This document shows, piece by piece, positions 1 to 12,925 of a stretch of DNA of 64,000 nucleotides. Under the pieces are notes generated by a model. It searched no databases. It saw only the letters and a list, made by a program, of their open reading frames with translations, and was not told the DNA's origin. Source of the stretch: an uncultured Planctomycetia bacterium. Lineage in GTDB: Bacteria; Omnitrophota; Gorgyraeia; 2-02-FULL-51-18. The stretch covers positions 267-64,266 of the forward strand of contig CAYSKO010000010.1 in NCBI GenBank assembly GCA_964431835.1, given 5' to 3'. Position 1 is the stretch's first letter. Each line of letters starts with the position of its first letter. The position numbers and the translations under genes are program-made.

Positions 1-69
1 CGCAAGCTGCTCGACGCCGGCGAGAATGGAGCGGCGGGCTTCATCGCTGAATTGAAGTTGTTTAGCCAT
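1..69 (-). CDS. groL: Chaperonin GroEL, N-terminal fragment (runs off window edge)
   Basis: Manual translation from ATG at 69 gives MAKQLQFSDEARRSILAGVEQLA, a typical GroEL start; lies directly downstream of groES. Confidence 0.93.
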   Translation of the reverse strand, partial: MAKQLQFSDEARRSILAGVEQLA

Positions 70-99
70 TTTCTTGTCGTGTCCTCTTTTTATTTTTGC

Positions 100-396
100 T
101 TAGCGAATGATCGCGAGAATGTCGTCTTCTTTGACGATCAGGTAGTCGTTCGCGCCGACCTTGACCTCGGTGCCGGCGTAACGGCCGAAAAGCACGAGAT
201 CGTTGGCCTTCACTTCGAGCGGCGTGATCTTGCCGTCCTCGGTGACACGGCCCTTACCGACCGCGATGACCTTGCCGCGCTGCTGCTTTTCCTTGGCGGA
301 GTCGGGAATGACGATCCCGCCGGCCGTCTTTTCTTCGGCCTCGAGAGGCTCGACGAGTACCCGGTCGGCCAGCGGTTGAACCTTTTGCTTCTCCAT
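100..396 (-). CDS. groS: Co-chaperonin GroES
   Basis: PLADRVLV...[26 protein letters not shown] motifs; AGGAGG Shine-Dalgarno upstream. Confidence 0.98.
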   Translation of the reverse strand: MEKQKVQPLADRVLVEPLEAEEKTAGGIVIPDSAKEKQQRGKVIAVGKGRVTEDGKITPLEVKANDLVLFGRYAGTEVKVGANDYLIVKEDDILAIIR

Positions 397-462
397 TTGA
401 AACGTCCTCCTTATGATTCGGTGCAGGGGGCCGGAAAGCCCCGAAAATTGGCTGTTCAGTCG

Positions 463-489
463 TTAGCACTCAGAATAAAGGAGTGCTAA
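463..489. promoter_or_regulatory. CIRCE element (HrcA operator)
   Basis: Perfect TTAGCACTC-N9-GAGTGCTAA between the promoter and groES. Confidence 0.97.
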
Positions 490-497
490 CAACGCTG

Positions 498-525
498 ATT
501 CTACGTCATGGAACTTATTTGTCAA
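498..525 (-). promoter_or_regulatory. sigma70-type promoter of groESL
   Basis: Minus strand TTGACA-N16-TAGAAT just upstream of CIRCE. Confidence 0.8.
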
Positions 526-536
526 GCCGAAAAAAA

Positions 537-1298
537 TTAGACCGCGCCCGGAGAGGGCTTAAAAGAGGCGTACGTGAGGAGGATACCCCGAACGGTGAGG
601 TCGGGGTCGATATGATCCACCCTGCGGCAATAACGGGCCATGAAAGCGGCGTTGCCCCCTGTGAAAACCACCGTCGGACGAGTCTTTTGAGTCCGGCTGA
701 TCTCCTCGACCAAGCGGTCGCAGAGGCCTCCCAGACCGTAAGTACAACCCGATTGGATACTCTCGACGGTGTCTTTTCCCACGACCCCGGAAGGATCGGC
801 GAGTTTGATCTTAGGAAGAAGGGCCGTCCTCTCGAAGAGCGAGTCGAGTGTGATTTCGATACCGGGGGCGATCACGCCGCCCAGATACTCCCCTTTGGAT
901 GAGACGACGTCGAACGTGATCGCCGTGCCGAAATCCACGACGATGCAGGCGCGTTCATGCTCCTCCCAGGCCGCCGCGGCGTTCAGGAGGCGGTCGGTGC
1001 CCACTTGCCGGGGATCGCGGTACCGGTTCGGGACGGGCACATCGAGATCGGTCCCGATGAGGAGCGCGCGCGTTTTCGCGCGCAAGAGAGCGGTTTTAAG
1101 TTTCTTTCCCGCCTCGGGAACGACGCTTCCGATCACGACGGCTTCCGCCCGCTCGCTCTTAGCGAGCGCGGCGACGGCCCGCGCGGCCTTCGTCTTCACC
1201 TCCGAGGTCGCGAAGCGCAGGCGTTTCAAGATACGGCCTTCCGCGAAAAGCGCCACGTACACACTCGTGTTACCGATGTCGACCGCGAGCATTCTCAT
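537..1298 (-). CDS. coaX: Type III pantothenate kinase
   Basis: LAVDIGNT, VGTDR, VVDFGTAITFD, GGVIAPG motifs; start reset to ATG at 1298, which overlaps the birA stop (ATGA). Confidence 0.95.
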   Translation of the reverse strand: MRMLAVDIGNTSVYVALFAEGRILKRLRFATSEVKTKAARAVAALAKSERAEAVVIGSVVPEAGKKLKTALLRAKTRALLIGTDLDVPVPNRYRDPRQVGTDRLLNAAAAWEEHERACIVVDFGTAITFDVVSSKGEYLGGVIAPGIEITLDSLFERTALLPKIKLADPSGVVGKDTVESIQSGCTYGLGGLCDRLVEEISRTQKTRPTVVFTGGNAAFMARYCRRVDHIDPDLTVRGILLTYASFKPSPGAV

Positions 1299-2278
1299 GG
1301 GTTCCGGCCTCCGGTTTTGGGTTTGACTGCCTCGACGTCGCCTGCCATCACGCGTTCCTGAAGCCCGTCGTCGCGGCGTATCCAAAGTGCGCCGTCGGCG
1401 TCGATGCCCGTCGCTTGCCCTTCCACACGCCGGCCGAGCACGGTCGCCGTCACCCGGCGGCCCGAGGTCACCGAATGAGACTCCCAGTCGCGTGCGATTT
1501 CCTCGAACTTGCCGTCGCGCAGGCGCAGGTACTCGACCTCGAGCTCGGAAAGAAGGTCCCGCGCGAAATCCACGCGCGACACCGCGTGCCCCGCTGCTTC
1601 TTTTAGGGATACCGCCCCAGGCGGAAGCTCCGAGGCCCCGGAATTCACGTTCACGCCGATGCCTAGGACCACAAATTTCACGCGGTCCTGTTCGGCGCTC
1701 ATCTCGGTGAGAATCCCGCATAGTTTCCGGCCGTCTAGAAGCACGTCGTTCGGCCACTTGATGCCGGGGGTTTTCCCCGTGTGTTTCGCCGCTGCGCGCA
1801 CCACTGCAAGCGCCGCGGCGAGCGTGATGCGGGAAGCCTCGGCCGGAGGCAGCGCCGGCCGCAGCAGCACGGAAAAGAGAACGTTTTTCCCTTTAGGAGA
1901 CGCCCAGGCTCGCCCCAGGCGCCCGCGTCCCTTCCGCTGGTGCTCGGTGAACACGCAGACGCCTTCTTTCAGTCCTTGCTCGCCGAGCTTGAACGCGACG
2001 TCGTTGGTTGAGTCCGTTTCGTCGAACGAGAGGATCTCGCGTCCGACGATTTTATTTGTCAGGCCGTGCGCGATTTCGTCGGCGAACAATTTGTCCGGCA
2101 CCGACGAGAGCCTGTATCCCCGTCCCGGCAACGCCGAGATTTTGTATCCGATTTCCCTTAAATTTTCTATTTCCTTCCAGACCGCCGCGCGCGTGACTTT
2201 CAGTTTGGACGAAATTTCTTCGCCGGAGATCGGCTCCTTTTGGTTTCGCAGTAAAGCTAGAATCGGATCCTGTTTCAA
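1295..2278 (-). CDS. birA: Bifunctional biotin-protein ligase / biotin repressor
   Basis: N-terminal HTH (SGEEIS...TRAAVWK), [27 protein letters not shown]. Confidence 0.96.
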   Translation of the reverse strand: MKQDPILALLRNQKEPISGEEISSKLKVTRAAVWKEIENLREIGYKISALPGRGYRLSSVPDKLFADEIAHGLTNKIVGREILSFDETDSTNDVAFKLGEQGLKEGVCVFTEHQRKGRGRLGRAWASPKGKNVLFSVLLRPALPPAEASRITLAAALAVVRAAAKHTGKTPGIKWPNDVLLDGRKLCGILTEMSAEQDRVKFVVLGIGVNVNSGASELPPGAVSLKEAAGHAVSRVDFARDLLSELEVEYLRLRDGKFEEIARDWESHSVTSGRRVTATVLGRRVEGQATGIDADGALWIRRDDGLQERVMAGDVEAVKPKTGGRNP

Positions 2279-4281
2279 CGGGCTGCTCTTTCTTTACGCT
2301 CTCTCTGCGGTTTCTCTTTTTCCATCTTCGCCTGCAGAATTTTGATCTGGTCTCTTAATTTTATGGCCTTCTCGAACTGAAGGAGCCGCGCCGCGTCTTC
2401 CATTTCGCGCTCGAGCTGGGCAAGCGCCTCATGCTCGTCGGCGGTTCCCTCGGTGATGCCCGCGGCCTCGTTCACGACGTCGCGCGCCTTGCGGATAGAC
2501 TCGATCCCCTCGCGGATCTCCTTCTTGATCGTGGTCGGCGTGATGCCGTGCTTCTTGTTGTACTCGACCTGCATCTTCCGGCGTCGGTTGGTCTCGCTGA
2601 TGGTGTTCTTCATCGAATCGGTGACGTTGTCGGCGTAGAAGATGACGTACCCGTTCGAATGACGCGCGGCGCGGCCGGAGACCTGGATGAGCGACGTCTG
2701 GCTACGCAGGAATCCTTCCTTGTCCGCGTCGAGCACGATAACGAGCGAAACCTCCGGAAGGTCGATGCCCTCGCGCAGAAGGTTGATCCCGACGAGGCAG
2801 TCGAATTTCTTCAGGCGCAGGTCACGGAGGATTTCCACGCGCTGGATCGCGTCGATCTCGGAATGGATGTAGGTGACCTTCACGCCCGCGTTCTCGAGGA
2901 ACTTCGAGAGGTCCTCGGCCATGCGCTTGGTAAGCGTAGTCACGATGGTGCGCTCCCCGACCTCGGTGCGTTTCTGGATCTCGGCGAGAAGATCGTCGAT
3001 CTGTCCCTTGGTCGGGCGAATATCGATCGGAGGATCCGTGAGGCCGGTCGGGCGGATCACCTGCTCGACGATCTTGGTGGAGTTCCTGATTTCGTATTCG
3101 GCGGGCGTCGCCGAGACAAAGAGCGTTTGACCGGTCACGATCTCGAACTCCTCGAAACGCAAGGGGCGGTTGTCGAGCGCCGACGGCAGGCGGAAACCGA
3201 AATCCACGAGCGTCTCCTTGCGCGCGCGGTCTCCGAAGTACATGCCCTTGATCTGCGGGATCGAGATGTGGGACTCGTCGATGACGAGCAGGTAGTCTTT
3301 CGGGAAGTAGTCGATCAGGCAAAACGGCCGCGAACCGGCGGGACGGCCCGTGATGATGCGCGAATAGTTCTCGATGCCGGAGCAGAAACCGAGCTCCTTC
3401 ATCATTTCGATGTCGTAGCGGGTGCGCTGCTCGATCCGCTGGGCCTCGACGAGCTTGTCCTGGGAATTCAGCGCCTTGATCCGCGCGTCCAGTTCTTCCC
3501 CGATCTCGACGCAAGCCTTCTCGAGGCGCGGCGCGGTCGTGACGAAATGTTTGGCCGGATAGACGGCGATGGAGTCCAGTTCGTGGAGGACTTTGCCGGT
3601 CAGCGGATCGATGCGGGAGATTTTCTCGATCTCGTCCCAGGCCGATTCCACACGGATCGCGGTCTCTTCATAGGCAAGGAACACCTCGATCGTGTCGCCG
3701 CGCACGCGGAACGTGCCGCGTTTGAAATCGACGTCGTTTCGCGTGTACTGGATGTCCACGAGCGCCTTCAGAATCTTGTCGCGCGGCGTCTTGTCTTTGA
3801 GTTTCAGGAAAACGAGGAGTTCCGCGTACTCGGCCGGCGAACCCAAGCCATAGATCGCCGAAACGGAAGAGACCACGATCGTGTCGCGCCTGGAAAGGAG
3901 CGACGAGGTTGCGCGCAGGCGCAGGCGGTCGATGTCCTCGTTGATTGAGGAATCTTTCTCGATGTAGGTATCGGTCTGGGGAATGTACGCTTCGGGCTGG
4001 TAGTAATCGTAGTACGAGACGAAATACTCGACGGCGTTCTCGGGGAAAATTTCTTTGAACTCGCTATAGAGCTGCGCGGCTAGGGTCTTGTTGTGGGAGA
4101 GGACGAGTGTGGGCCGCTGGACCTTTTCGATCACGTTCGCCACCGTGAACGTCTTGCCGCTTCCCGTGACGCCGAGAAGCGTCTGGTAGCGCTCGCCCTT
4201 CAAGAGCCCTTGCGTGAGCTTCTCGATGGCTTGGGGCTGATCCCCCTTCGGGGTCATCTCGGAGATGATTTTGAAATTCAT
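2275..4281 (-). CDS. uvrB: Excinuclease ABC subunit B
   Basis: GVTGSGKT Walker [16 protein letters not shown]-terminal UVR motif. Confidence 0.99.
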   Translation of the reverse strand: MNFKIISEMTPKGDQPQAIEKLTQGLLKGERYQTLLGVTGSGKTFTVANVIEKVQRPTLVLSHNKTLAAQLYSEFKEIFPENAVEYFVSYYDYYQPEAYIPQTDTYIEKDSSINEDIDRLRLRATSSLLSRRDTIVVSSVSAIYGLGSPAEYAELLVFLKLKDKTPRDKILKALVDIQYTRNDVDFKRGTFRVRGDTIEVFLAYEETAIRVESAWDEIEKISRIDPLTGKVLHELDSIAVYPAKHFVTTAPRLEKACVEIGEELDARIKALNSQDKLVEAQRIEQRTRYDIEMMKELGFCSGIENYSRIITGRPAGSRPFCLIDYFPKDYLLVIDESHISIPQIKGMYFGDRARKETLVDFGFRLPSALDNRPLRFEEFEIVTGQTLFVSATPAEYEIRNSTKIVEQVIRPTGLTDPPIDIRPTKGQIDDLLAEIQKRTEVGERTIVTTLTKRMAEDLSKFLENAGVKVTYIHSEIDAIQRVEILRDLRLKKFDCLVGINLLREGIDLPEVSLVIVLDADKEGFLRSQTSLIQVSGRAARHSNGYVIFYADNVTDSMKNTISETNRRRKMQVEYNKKHGITPTTIKKEIREGIESIRKARDVVNEAAGITEGTADEHEALAQLEREMEDAARLLQFEKAIKLRDQIKILQAKMEKEKPQRERKERAAR

Positions 4282-4293
4282 ACGACCATTATA
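4282..4293 (-). promoter_or_regulatory. -10 box abutting uvrB start (probable leaderless promoter)
   Basis: TATAAT-GGTCGT-ATG; no Shine-Dalgarno. Confidence 0.65.
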
Positions 4294-4310
4294 ACCCTTA
4301 AAACGGGTTA

Positions 4311-5162
4311 TTAAGCGACGATATCGAGGGAGACGTCGAGCTGTTTCGCGCTGTGGGTGATCGCGCCGATGGAAATGCGTTCGATACCGGTCTCGGCGTA
4401 TGCGCGGACGTTGTCGAGATTCACGCCGCCGGAGACTTCGAGCTCCATCGCGGGAGCAATCTCACGGCGCATCGCGACGCACTCGCGGATCTTCTCGACG
4501 GACATGTTGTCGAGCAGGATATAGTCGGCGCGGCTTTTCAGGGCCTCCTTCAGCTCGGCTAGGTTCTTCACTTCGACGCCGATGACGGTATTCTTGAGGA
4601 CTTTGTTTTTGGCCCGTTCGACGATCTCGACCAGGGGCTCATTTCTCAAGATGCGGAGATGGTTATCCTTGATGAGAACCTGGTCATACAGGCCGAACCG
4701 GTGGTTCGCCCCTCCGCCCATGAGAACGGCGTACTTCTCAAGGACGCGCAGGTTCGGCATCGTCTTCCGCGTGTCGAGGATTTTCACCTTCGTCCCGTGG
4801 ACCTTGTCCACGAACTGGCGCGTCAGCGTGGAGATACCGGAAAGGCGGCCGAGGAAATTGAGTGCGGTACGCTCCGCGACGAGGATCGAGATGGCGGGGC
4901 CTTCGATGTATGCGGCCTCGCGACCCTTCTCGACCTTCTCCCCGTCCTTCACGGTCGGCAAAAAACGGATCGTGTCGTCGACGATGCGGAACACGCGCTC
5001 GACGAGGCCGATCCCGCAGGCGACGCCGTCTTCTTTAAATTCGATGTCGGCTTTGAGATGAAGGTTCGGCGGGATGACGGCGCTCGAAGTGATGTCCTTC
5101 ACGCCCACATCTTCCTTCAGAGCGAGGCGGACGATCAGGTCGATGATGTTGGTGCGGATCAT
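4311..5162 (-). CDS. nadC: Nicotinate-nucleotide pyrophosphorylase (quinolinate PRTase)
   Basis: [35 protein letters not shown]. Confidence 0.97.
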   Translation of the reverse strand: MIRTNIIDLIVRLALKEDVGVKDITSSAVIPPNLHLKADIEFKEDGVACGIGLVERVFRIVDDTIRFLPTVKDGEKVEKGREAAYIEGPAISILVAERTALNFLGRLSGISTLTRQFVDKVHGTKVKILDTRKTMPNLRVLEKYAVLMGGGANHRFGLYDQVLIKDNHLRILRNEPLVEIVERAKNKVLKNTVIGVEVKNLAELKEALKSRADYILLDNMSVEKIRECVAMRREIAPAMELEVSGGVNLDNVRAYAETGIERISIGAITHSAKQLDVSLDIVA

Positions 5163-5181
5163 TTCGGCGCTTTCCGGCTTC

Positions 5182-7932
5182 TTAGGCCAGGGTGCGGAGG
5201 TTCTCTTCGAGACGGACTTTGCGGTTTTGCAGCTCCTCGAGACGCTTCTTTTCCTTCTCGACGATTTCCTTGGGAGCTTTTTTGACGAATTCCTCGTTCC
5301 CGAGGCGCCCTTCGAGGCCGCGGATCATCTTCTCGACCTCGCCTTGCGCGGCTTCGATGCGCGCACGCTCGACGGCGACGTCGATGAGCCCGGCCAGGAC
5401 GACGTACGTCTCCACGCGGCCCACGTTCGCAACCGCGGATTCCTTCGGCCGCTCGATGTTCTTGCCGATTTGGAGCGATGAGACGCGCGCCATTCGGACG
5501 ATATGGTCCGAATTCTCGCGAAGCACCTTCATCTCGCGGTCGCGCGAGGTCTTTACGTGAACGGTCACCGTTTCTTTCGGATTGATCTGCCAGGCCGAGC
5601 GGACGTTGCGGATCGCCTGGATCTCGCCGATCACGAGATCGATCTCCGCCTCGAGCTTCTTGTCGATGCGCGCTTTCTCGGCTTTAGGCCACGGCGCGAT
5701 CATGATCGACTCGCCTTCGTGCGGAATCTTCTGCCAGATCTCCTCCGTGATGAACGGCATGACCGGGTGCAGAAGCTTGAGCGTGCGGTCGAGCGTGTAG
5801 GCGAGGGTCCACTGCGTGCCCTTCGTCTTGATGTTGGGCTTGGAAAGCTCGAGATACCAGTCGCAGTACTGGTGCCAGAAAAAGTCGTACAGGGTCTGTA
5901 TCGCCTCGTTGAAACGCATCTTCTCGAGACTCTCGGTGACGTCGATCACGGTCTGGTTCATGCGCGAGAGGATCCAGCGGTCCGCCGTCGAGAGCTCCGA
6001 AGGCTTGGGGGCCTTCTTCGCCATTTTGGGGTCGATGTTCATGAGGACGAACCGCGACGCGTTCCAAATCTTGTTCGCGAAATTGCGTCCGACCTCGAAC
6101 TTCTCCTTCGAGGCGTACACGTCCTGGCCTTCGGCGGTGATGGAAATGAGCGCGTAACGAAGCGCGTCGGCGCCGAACTCGTCGATCACGTCGAGAGGAT
6201 CGACCGCGTTGCCGAGCGACTTCGACATCTTCGCGCCCGTCTCGTCGCGGACAATGCCGTGGATGTAGATCCGCTTGAACGGCTCTTTCCCCATGAATTC
6301 AATTCCCGCCATCATCATGCGCGCGACCCAGAAGAAGATAATTTCGTAACCAGTGACGAGCGACGAAGTGGGGTAAAAATACTTGAGGTCCGGGTTCTTG
6401 TCCGGCCAGCCGAGCGTCGAGAACGGCCAGAGCCACGAGGAGAACCAGGTGTCGAGCACGTCCTCGTCCTGCACGATCGCCGTACCCCCACAGTCCGGAC
6501 ATTTCTTCGGCGTTTCGCGCGCCACCATCATGCCCGGCTCTTTATAGACAGCGCCGGCTGTGAATTTAGACTGGGTTCCCGCCGCCTTCGCCTTCTCGCG
6601 GCAAGGCGTGCAGTACCAGACCGGGATCCGGTGGCCCCACCAAATCTGACGGGACACGCACCAGTCCTTGATGTTTTCCATCCACTCGAGATAGACCTTC
6701 GTCCATCGTTTCGGGACGAATTCGGTACGACCTTCCCTCACGGCGGCGATCGCGGGCTTCGCGAGCGGCTTCATATGGACGAACCACTGAAGCGAAAGGT
6801 ACGGCTCAACGACCGTCGAGCACCGGTAACAGTGACCGACGGCGTGCACATGATCTTTCACCTCAACGAGGAGGCGCCGCTCTTCGAGCTCGGCGACGAG
6901 CTTCTTGCGCGCCTCGAAACGGTCGAGGCCCTTATAGGGACCAGCCGCGTCGTTTAGCGTGCCGTCGGGATTCATTACGTTCAGGAATTCGAGGCCGTGC
7001 TTCTGCGCGAGCTGATAATCGACGGGATCGTGCGCGGGCGTGATCTTGAGCGCGCCCGTGCCGAACTTCGGGTCGATGTCGGCGTCCTGGATGATCTTGA
7101 GCCGCCGGTTCAGGATCGGGAGGATCGCGGTCTTCCCTTTCAGATGCTGGTAGCGCTCGTCTGTGGGATTGAAGCCGATTGCCGTGTCGCCGAGGAGCGT
7201 TTCGGGACGTGTCGTCGCGATCGTCACGTGCTCGTCGGTTCCGTCGATCCGGTATTTGATGTGGTAGAGGTGGCCCGTGATGTCCTTGTGCTGCGCCTCT
7301 TCGTCCGAGAGCGCGGTCTGGCAGCGCGGGCACCAGTTGATGATGCGCGTGCCGCGGTAGATGAGACCCTTTTCGTACAAGCGCACGAACACCTCGCGCA
7401 CGGACTTCGAGAGACCCTCGTCCATCGTGAAGCGCGTACGGCTCCAGTCGCAGGAATTCCCGAGCCGGTGCATCTGGCGGATGATCGTGTTGCCGTATTT
7501 CTCACGCCACTTCCAGACGCGTTCGACGAACTTTTCACGACCGAGCATGTGGCGGTTGAGCTGCTCTTCGCGGAGGGATCTCTCGACGACGTTCTGCGTC
7601 GCGATACCCGCGTGATCCGTGCCGGGCATCCAGAGGGCTTCGTAGCCCTGCATCCGCTTCGAGCGGACAAGGATGTCCTGGAGCGTGTGGTTGAGGGCGT
7701 GTCCCATATGCAGGATGCCGGTCACGTTCGGCGGCGGGATCACGACCGTATAGGGCTTCTTCTTGGATTTGGGATCCGCGTGGAAATAACCCCTCTTCGT
7801 CCACGTCTGGTACCACGTCTTCTCAACGTGCTTGGGGTCGTACGCCTTCGCGAGCTCTTCCCGGCCGCTCGCGGATTCGGGCGCGGGGTTCGGGTTCGGC
7901 GTCGGGCTGGGGACCGCGTTCGGATCGGTCAT
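5182..7932 (-). CDS. valS: Valine--tRNA ligase
   Basis: [27 protein letters not shown]-terminal coiled coil. Confidence 0.99.
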   Translation of the reverse strand: MTDPNAVPSPTPNPNPAPESASGREELAKAYDPKHVEKTWYQTWTKRGYFHADPKSKKKPYTVVIPPPNVTGILHMGHALNHTLQDILVRSKRMQGYEALWMPGTDHAGIATQNVVERSLREEQLNRHMLGREKFVERVWKWREKYGNTIIRQMHRLGNSCDWSRTRFTMDEGLSKSVREVFVRLYEKGLIYRGTRIINWCPRCQTALSDEEAQHKDITGHLYHIKYRIDGTDEHVTIATTRPETLLGDTAIGFNPTDERYQHLKGKTAILPILNRRLKIIQDADIDPKFGTGALKITPAHDPVDYQLAQKHGLEFLNVMNPDGTLNDAAGPYKGLDRFEARKKLVAELEERRLLVEVKDHVHAVGHCYRCSTVVEPYLSLQWFVHMKPLAKPAIAAVREGRTEFVPKRWTKVYLEWMENIKDWCVSRQIWWGHRIPVWYCTPCREKAKAAGTQSKFTAGAVYKEPGMMVARETPKKCPDCGGTAIVQDEDVLDTWFSSWLWPFSTLGWPDKNPDLKYFYPTSSLVTGYEIIFFWVARMMMAGIEFMGKEPFKRIYIHGIVRDETGAKMSKSLGNAVDPLDVIDEFGADALRYALISITAEGQDVYASKEKFEVGRNFANKIWNASRFVLMNIDPKMAKKAPKPSELSTADRWILSRMNQTVIDVTESLEKMRFNEAIQTLYDFFWHQYCDWYLELSKPNIKTKGTQWTLAYTLDRTLKLLHPVMPFITEEIWQKIPHEGESIMIAPWPKAEKARIDKKLEAEIDLVIGEIQAIRNVRSAWQINPKETVTVHVKTSRDREMKVLRENSDHIVRMARVSSLQIGKNIERPKESAVANVGRVETYVVLAGLIDVAVERARIEAAQGEVEKMIRGLEGRLGNEEFVKKAPKEIVEKEKKRLEELQNRKVRLEENLRTLA

Positions 7933-9480
7933 CGGAGAGCCAGTTTGTAGCGGTACGCGTCGATAAGTGCCTTCCAGCTCGCCTCGATGATGTTCGTGGA
8001 AACACCGACGGTCGCCCAGACGCGGTCCTTGTCGTGGAATTCGATGACGACGCGAACCTTCGCGGCCGTGCCTTCGTGGGAGTTCACGATGCGGACCTTA
8101 TAATCGTCGAGCTCGACCTCGCTCACGCCTGGATAGAATTCGGAGAGAGCCTCTTGAAGCGCCTTGCCGAGGGCGTCGACCGGACCGTCGCCGGTTTTCG
8201 TGACGTCCTTTTTCTTCCCTTCGACGTCCACGTGGACGACGGCGGTCACGTTCGGGTTCTCCTCGCCGATCCGCTCGCTCTTGATCTCGGCGGTGGCGCG
8301 GAAGAAATCGCGGCGCTGGCCGATCTCCTGGCGGATGAGGAGCTCGACGGTCGCTTCTGCGCCCTCGAACTGGTACCCCTCGTTCTCGAGACGCTGCACT
8401 TCGTAGAGGATCTTCTTCGTCTCGGGCGCATCCTTCTTGAGCTCGATCCCGAGCTCCTGAGCCTTCAGCATGATGTTCGTACGGCCCCCGACTTCGGAAA
8501 CGAGATGCTTCCTGTGGTTGCCGACGACTTCGGGGTTCACATGCTCGTACGTTTCAGGGTTCTTCTTCACGGCATCGATATGCACGCCGCCTTTGTGAGC
8601 GAACGCGCTCTGGCCGACGTAGGGCTGGCCCTTCGCGGGCACCATGTTGCAGACTTCGTTCACGTAAAGCGACAGCTTGGTGAAATCTTTAAGCTTTTCG
8701 GCGGGCAGGCAGTCGAGTCCGAGCTTGAGCTGGAGATCGGCGATGACGGGGATGAGGTCGCAGTTACCGCAGCGCTCGCCGATGCCATTGACCGTGCCTT
8801 GCACCTGGATCGCGCCGGATTCGACCGCCGCGATCGCGTTCGCCGCCGCACAGGCGGAATCGTTGTGGGTGTGGATGCCCAGAGGATGTTTCACGCGGAC
8901 GGCCACTTCCGCTACCACCTTCGCGATACGGGACGGGATTCCGCCGCCGTTCGTGTCGCAGAGGACGAGCGTTTCGGCTCCAGCGTCCCGCGCGGCCTCG
9001 AGCGTATGAAGCGCGTACTCGGGGTTCGCCGCGTAGCCGTCGAAGAAGTGCTCGGCGTCGTAGATCACGGTCTTCCCTTTCGAGCGCAGGTATTTCACGG
9101 ACTCGGAGATCATGCGCAGGTTCTCTTCGAGCGGCACCTTGAAGACCTCGCGCACATGGAGATCCCAGCTCTTTCCGAAGATCGTGATGACGGATGTTCC
9201 GGCCGCGACGAGGCCGTTCAAAACCGCGTCGTCCTCGGCTTTGCCGTTCGGTTTCATCGTGGATCCGAACGCGGCCAGGCGGGCGTGCTTCAGCTTCTCG
9301 CCCTTCATCTTCTCGAAGAACTCGACGTCCTTGGGCGTGGCTCCGGGCCAGCCGCCTTCGATGAAGTCGAAACCCATCTCGTCCAGGCGGCGCGCGATGA
9401 GGAGCTTATCCTGGACGGAGAAGGAGATTCCCTCGCCTTGGGAGCCGTCGCGGAGCGTCGTATCGTAGACTTGGATCTTT

Positions 9481-9491
<11 letters not shown>
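7929..9491 (-). CDS. cimA: Citramalate synthase (LeuA/CimA family)
   Basis: [35 protein letters not shown]; C-terminal regulatory domain. Confidence 0.9.
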
Positions 9492-10712
<1,221 letters not shown>

Positions 10713-10716
<4 letters not shown>

Positions 10717-11849
10717 TTCGAGAAAAACCTCGTGATGAGCTTATGTCCTTCCACAAACGACTTGCCCTGAGCGGCCGTCTTCTCTCCGAAATACGCGGCG
10801 TTCGACGCCTCGAAGCCGGGCCCGAAAAAGACGTAAGGCACCGCCCCGTGGAGCACGGCGCCCTTCTCCAGCGATTCGGGCGCGTCGGTGGTCACACACA
10901 CACGAGCGCCTTCGGATTCCGCTATTTTAAGCGCCGGACCGAGGATTGCGTGGTCGAAGTCCTCGATCGCGCGGACTTTGGTCTTGAGATCGAACGTCCG
11001 CGGTTCGGCGGCCGGGACATACGCGAAGACGAAATCGTGCTTCGCGATCGCGCGTTCCAAATCCTTTTCCGTCTCGAGGCCGGAAATCTTTCCGAGTCCT
11101 TTCACGAAATCTGCGTCGGACACGACCGCGCCCGAGAGGCCGTGACGAGCCTTGAATCCGGGCAGCTTCGGATGACGGCCCTGCCCCCAAGGCCAGATCA
11201 TGTTCGCCGGGTTTTCGCCGAGATCCACTCGTACGCGGTTGATTTCGTGCGCGTCCAGGATCGCGCGGGCCTTTTCGACGAGCTCCAGGAGAAGCGCCTG
11301 CGCCTTGCCCTTCGGCAGGTGCTTGGCAAATTTGGACCCGGCGACCGCGTAAGGCGGCGTGCAATCGAGTTCGTCCAGATTCTCGGCGAGCTCGGCGTCG
11401 GAGACGATCAAAAGGTTCTTGTAGCCGTGCCCGGAGTGAAAACGCAGGCGTGGAGTCGAAAGCTTCGCGTCGAGTTCGGCAACGAGAAGCTTCGCCTCCT
11501 TCTGCGAGATGCGTCCGGCCATGCGGTCGACAAGCGTGTCGTCGAGCGTCGTGACCAGATCGCACCGGAAAATGATTTCGAGATCCTTCTGGGCGACTCC
11601 GAGCGCCGCCGCGTCGAGGGGCGCGATGCCGGTGTAGAACTCCGAAGGATCGTAGCCGAGCATCGAAAGACACGTTGCATCCCCGCTCGTAGGGAGGTCG
11701 TGCAGGGTGAACGTCGCCGTGCCGACGGTGCCGGCCTTCGCGAGGCGGTCCATATTCGGCGTCTTCGCGGCTTCGAGCGGCGTGCGCCCGGAAAGCTCCT
11801 CGACCGGCTCGTCGGCAAGGCCCTGCGCGGCCAAGAAGACGTATTTCAT
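10713..11849 (-). CDS. ApgM / cofactor-independent phosphoglycerate mutase family protein ('proposed homoserine kinase' type) with degenerate active site
   Basis: [36 protein letters not shown]; position between thrC and lysC; metal-ligand motifs altered. Confidence 0.85.
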
Positions 11850-12925
11850 ATCTTCATCGCCTTCAGGATAGCGTCGATCCGCGCGGGGATCGCCTTCGGC
11901 ATCTTCACCGACGCGAGGGCGCGGTCCGGGTCCTTCAGGCCGTGCCCGGTCAAGATACAGACGATCCGAGACGATTTTTTCAACTTTCCTCCGAAGTAAC
12001 CCTTTTTCTTCAATTTGAGAAGCCCGGCCACGCTCGCGGCGCTCGCCGGCTCACAAAATACGCCTTCACGGTTCGCCAGAAGCTGATACGCCGCGAGGAT
12101 TTCCTTGTCCGACACCATGTCGATAAGCCCGCGCGATTCGGACGCCGCGTTCTCGGCGAGCTTCCAGCTGGCGGGATTGCCGATTCGTATCGCGGTCGCG
12201 ATCGTCTTGGGCGCCGGAACGATCTTCTTGCGGACGATCGGGGCGGCGCCTTCGGCCTGGAACCCGAGGAGCACTGGCTTCGAAGAGGACTTCCCCTTCG
12301 CGTGGTATTCCGTGTAACCCTTCCAATAAGCCGAGATATTTCCCGCGTTACCGACGGGAATCGAGTGAAAATCGGGCGCGCCGCCGAGCTGATCGCAAAT
12401 TTCGAACGCGCCGGTCTTCTGCCCCTCGAGCCGGTAAGGGTTCACCGAGTTGACGAGCGTCACCGGATATTTCCCGGCGATTTCGCGCACCATGCAAAGC
12501 GCCTGGTCGAAATTGCCGTCGATCGCGAGAACCTGCGCGCCGTGGATCAGCGCCTGCGAGAGTTTACCGAGAGCGATCGCGCCTTTCGGAATGAGCACCA
12601 CGCACTTGATGCCGGCGCGCGCGGAATACGCGGCAGCCGAGGCGGACGTGTTGCCGGTGGACGCGCAGATCACGACCTTCGCGCCGTCCTCTTTCGCCTT
12701 CGAGAGGGCCATCGTCATTCCGCGGTCCTTGAACGAACCCGTGGGATTCAGGCCCTCGTACTTGAGATAAACTTCCGCGCCGAGCTCCGCTGAAAGCGAG
12801 TCGGCACGCACGAGCGGAGTGTTCCCTTCGCAAAGCGTCACGACGGGCGTAGCCGGAGTCACCGGGAGGAATTCCCGGTACCGCTCAATCACGCCCTGCC
12901 ACATGCCCTCGACCGCGGTCCTCAT
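11846..12925 (-). CDS. thrC: Threonine synthase
   Basis: [10 protein letters not shown] (PLP lysine), ASTGNTS, PVGNAGN; start at 12925 overlaps the hom stop (alternative ATG at 12904). Confidence 0.96.
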   Translation of the reverse strand: MRTAVEGMWQGVIERYREFLPVTPATPVVTLCEGNTPLVRADSLSAELGAEVYLKYEGLNPTGSFKDRGMTMALSKAKEDGAKVVICASTGNTSASAAAYSARAGIKCVVLIPKGAIALGKLSQALIHGAQVLAIDGNFDQALCMVREIAGKYPVTLVNSVNPYRLEGQKTGAFEICDQLGGAPDFHSIPVGNAGNISAYWKGYTEYHAKGKSSSKPVLLGFQAEGAAPIVRKKIVPAPKTIATAIRIGNPASWKLAENAASESRGLIDMVSDKEILAAYQLLANREGVFCEPASAASVAGLLKLKKKGYFGGKLKKSSRIVCILTGHGLKDPDRALASVKMPKAIPARIDAILKAMKI

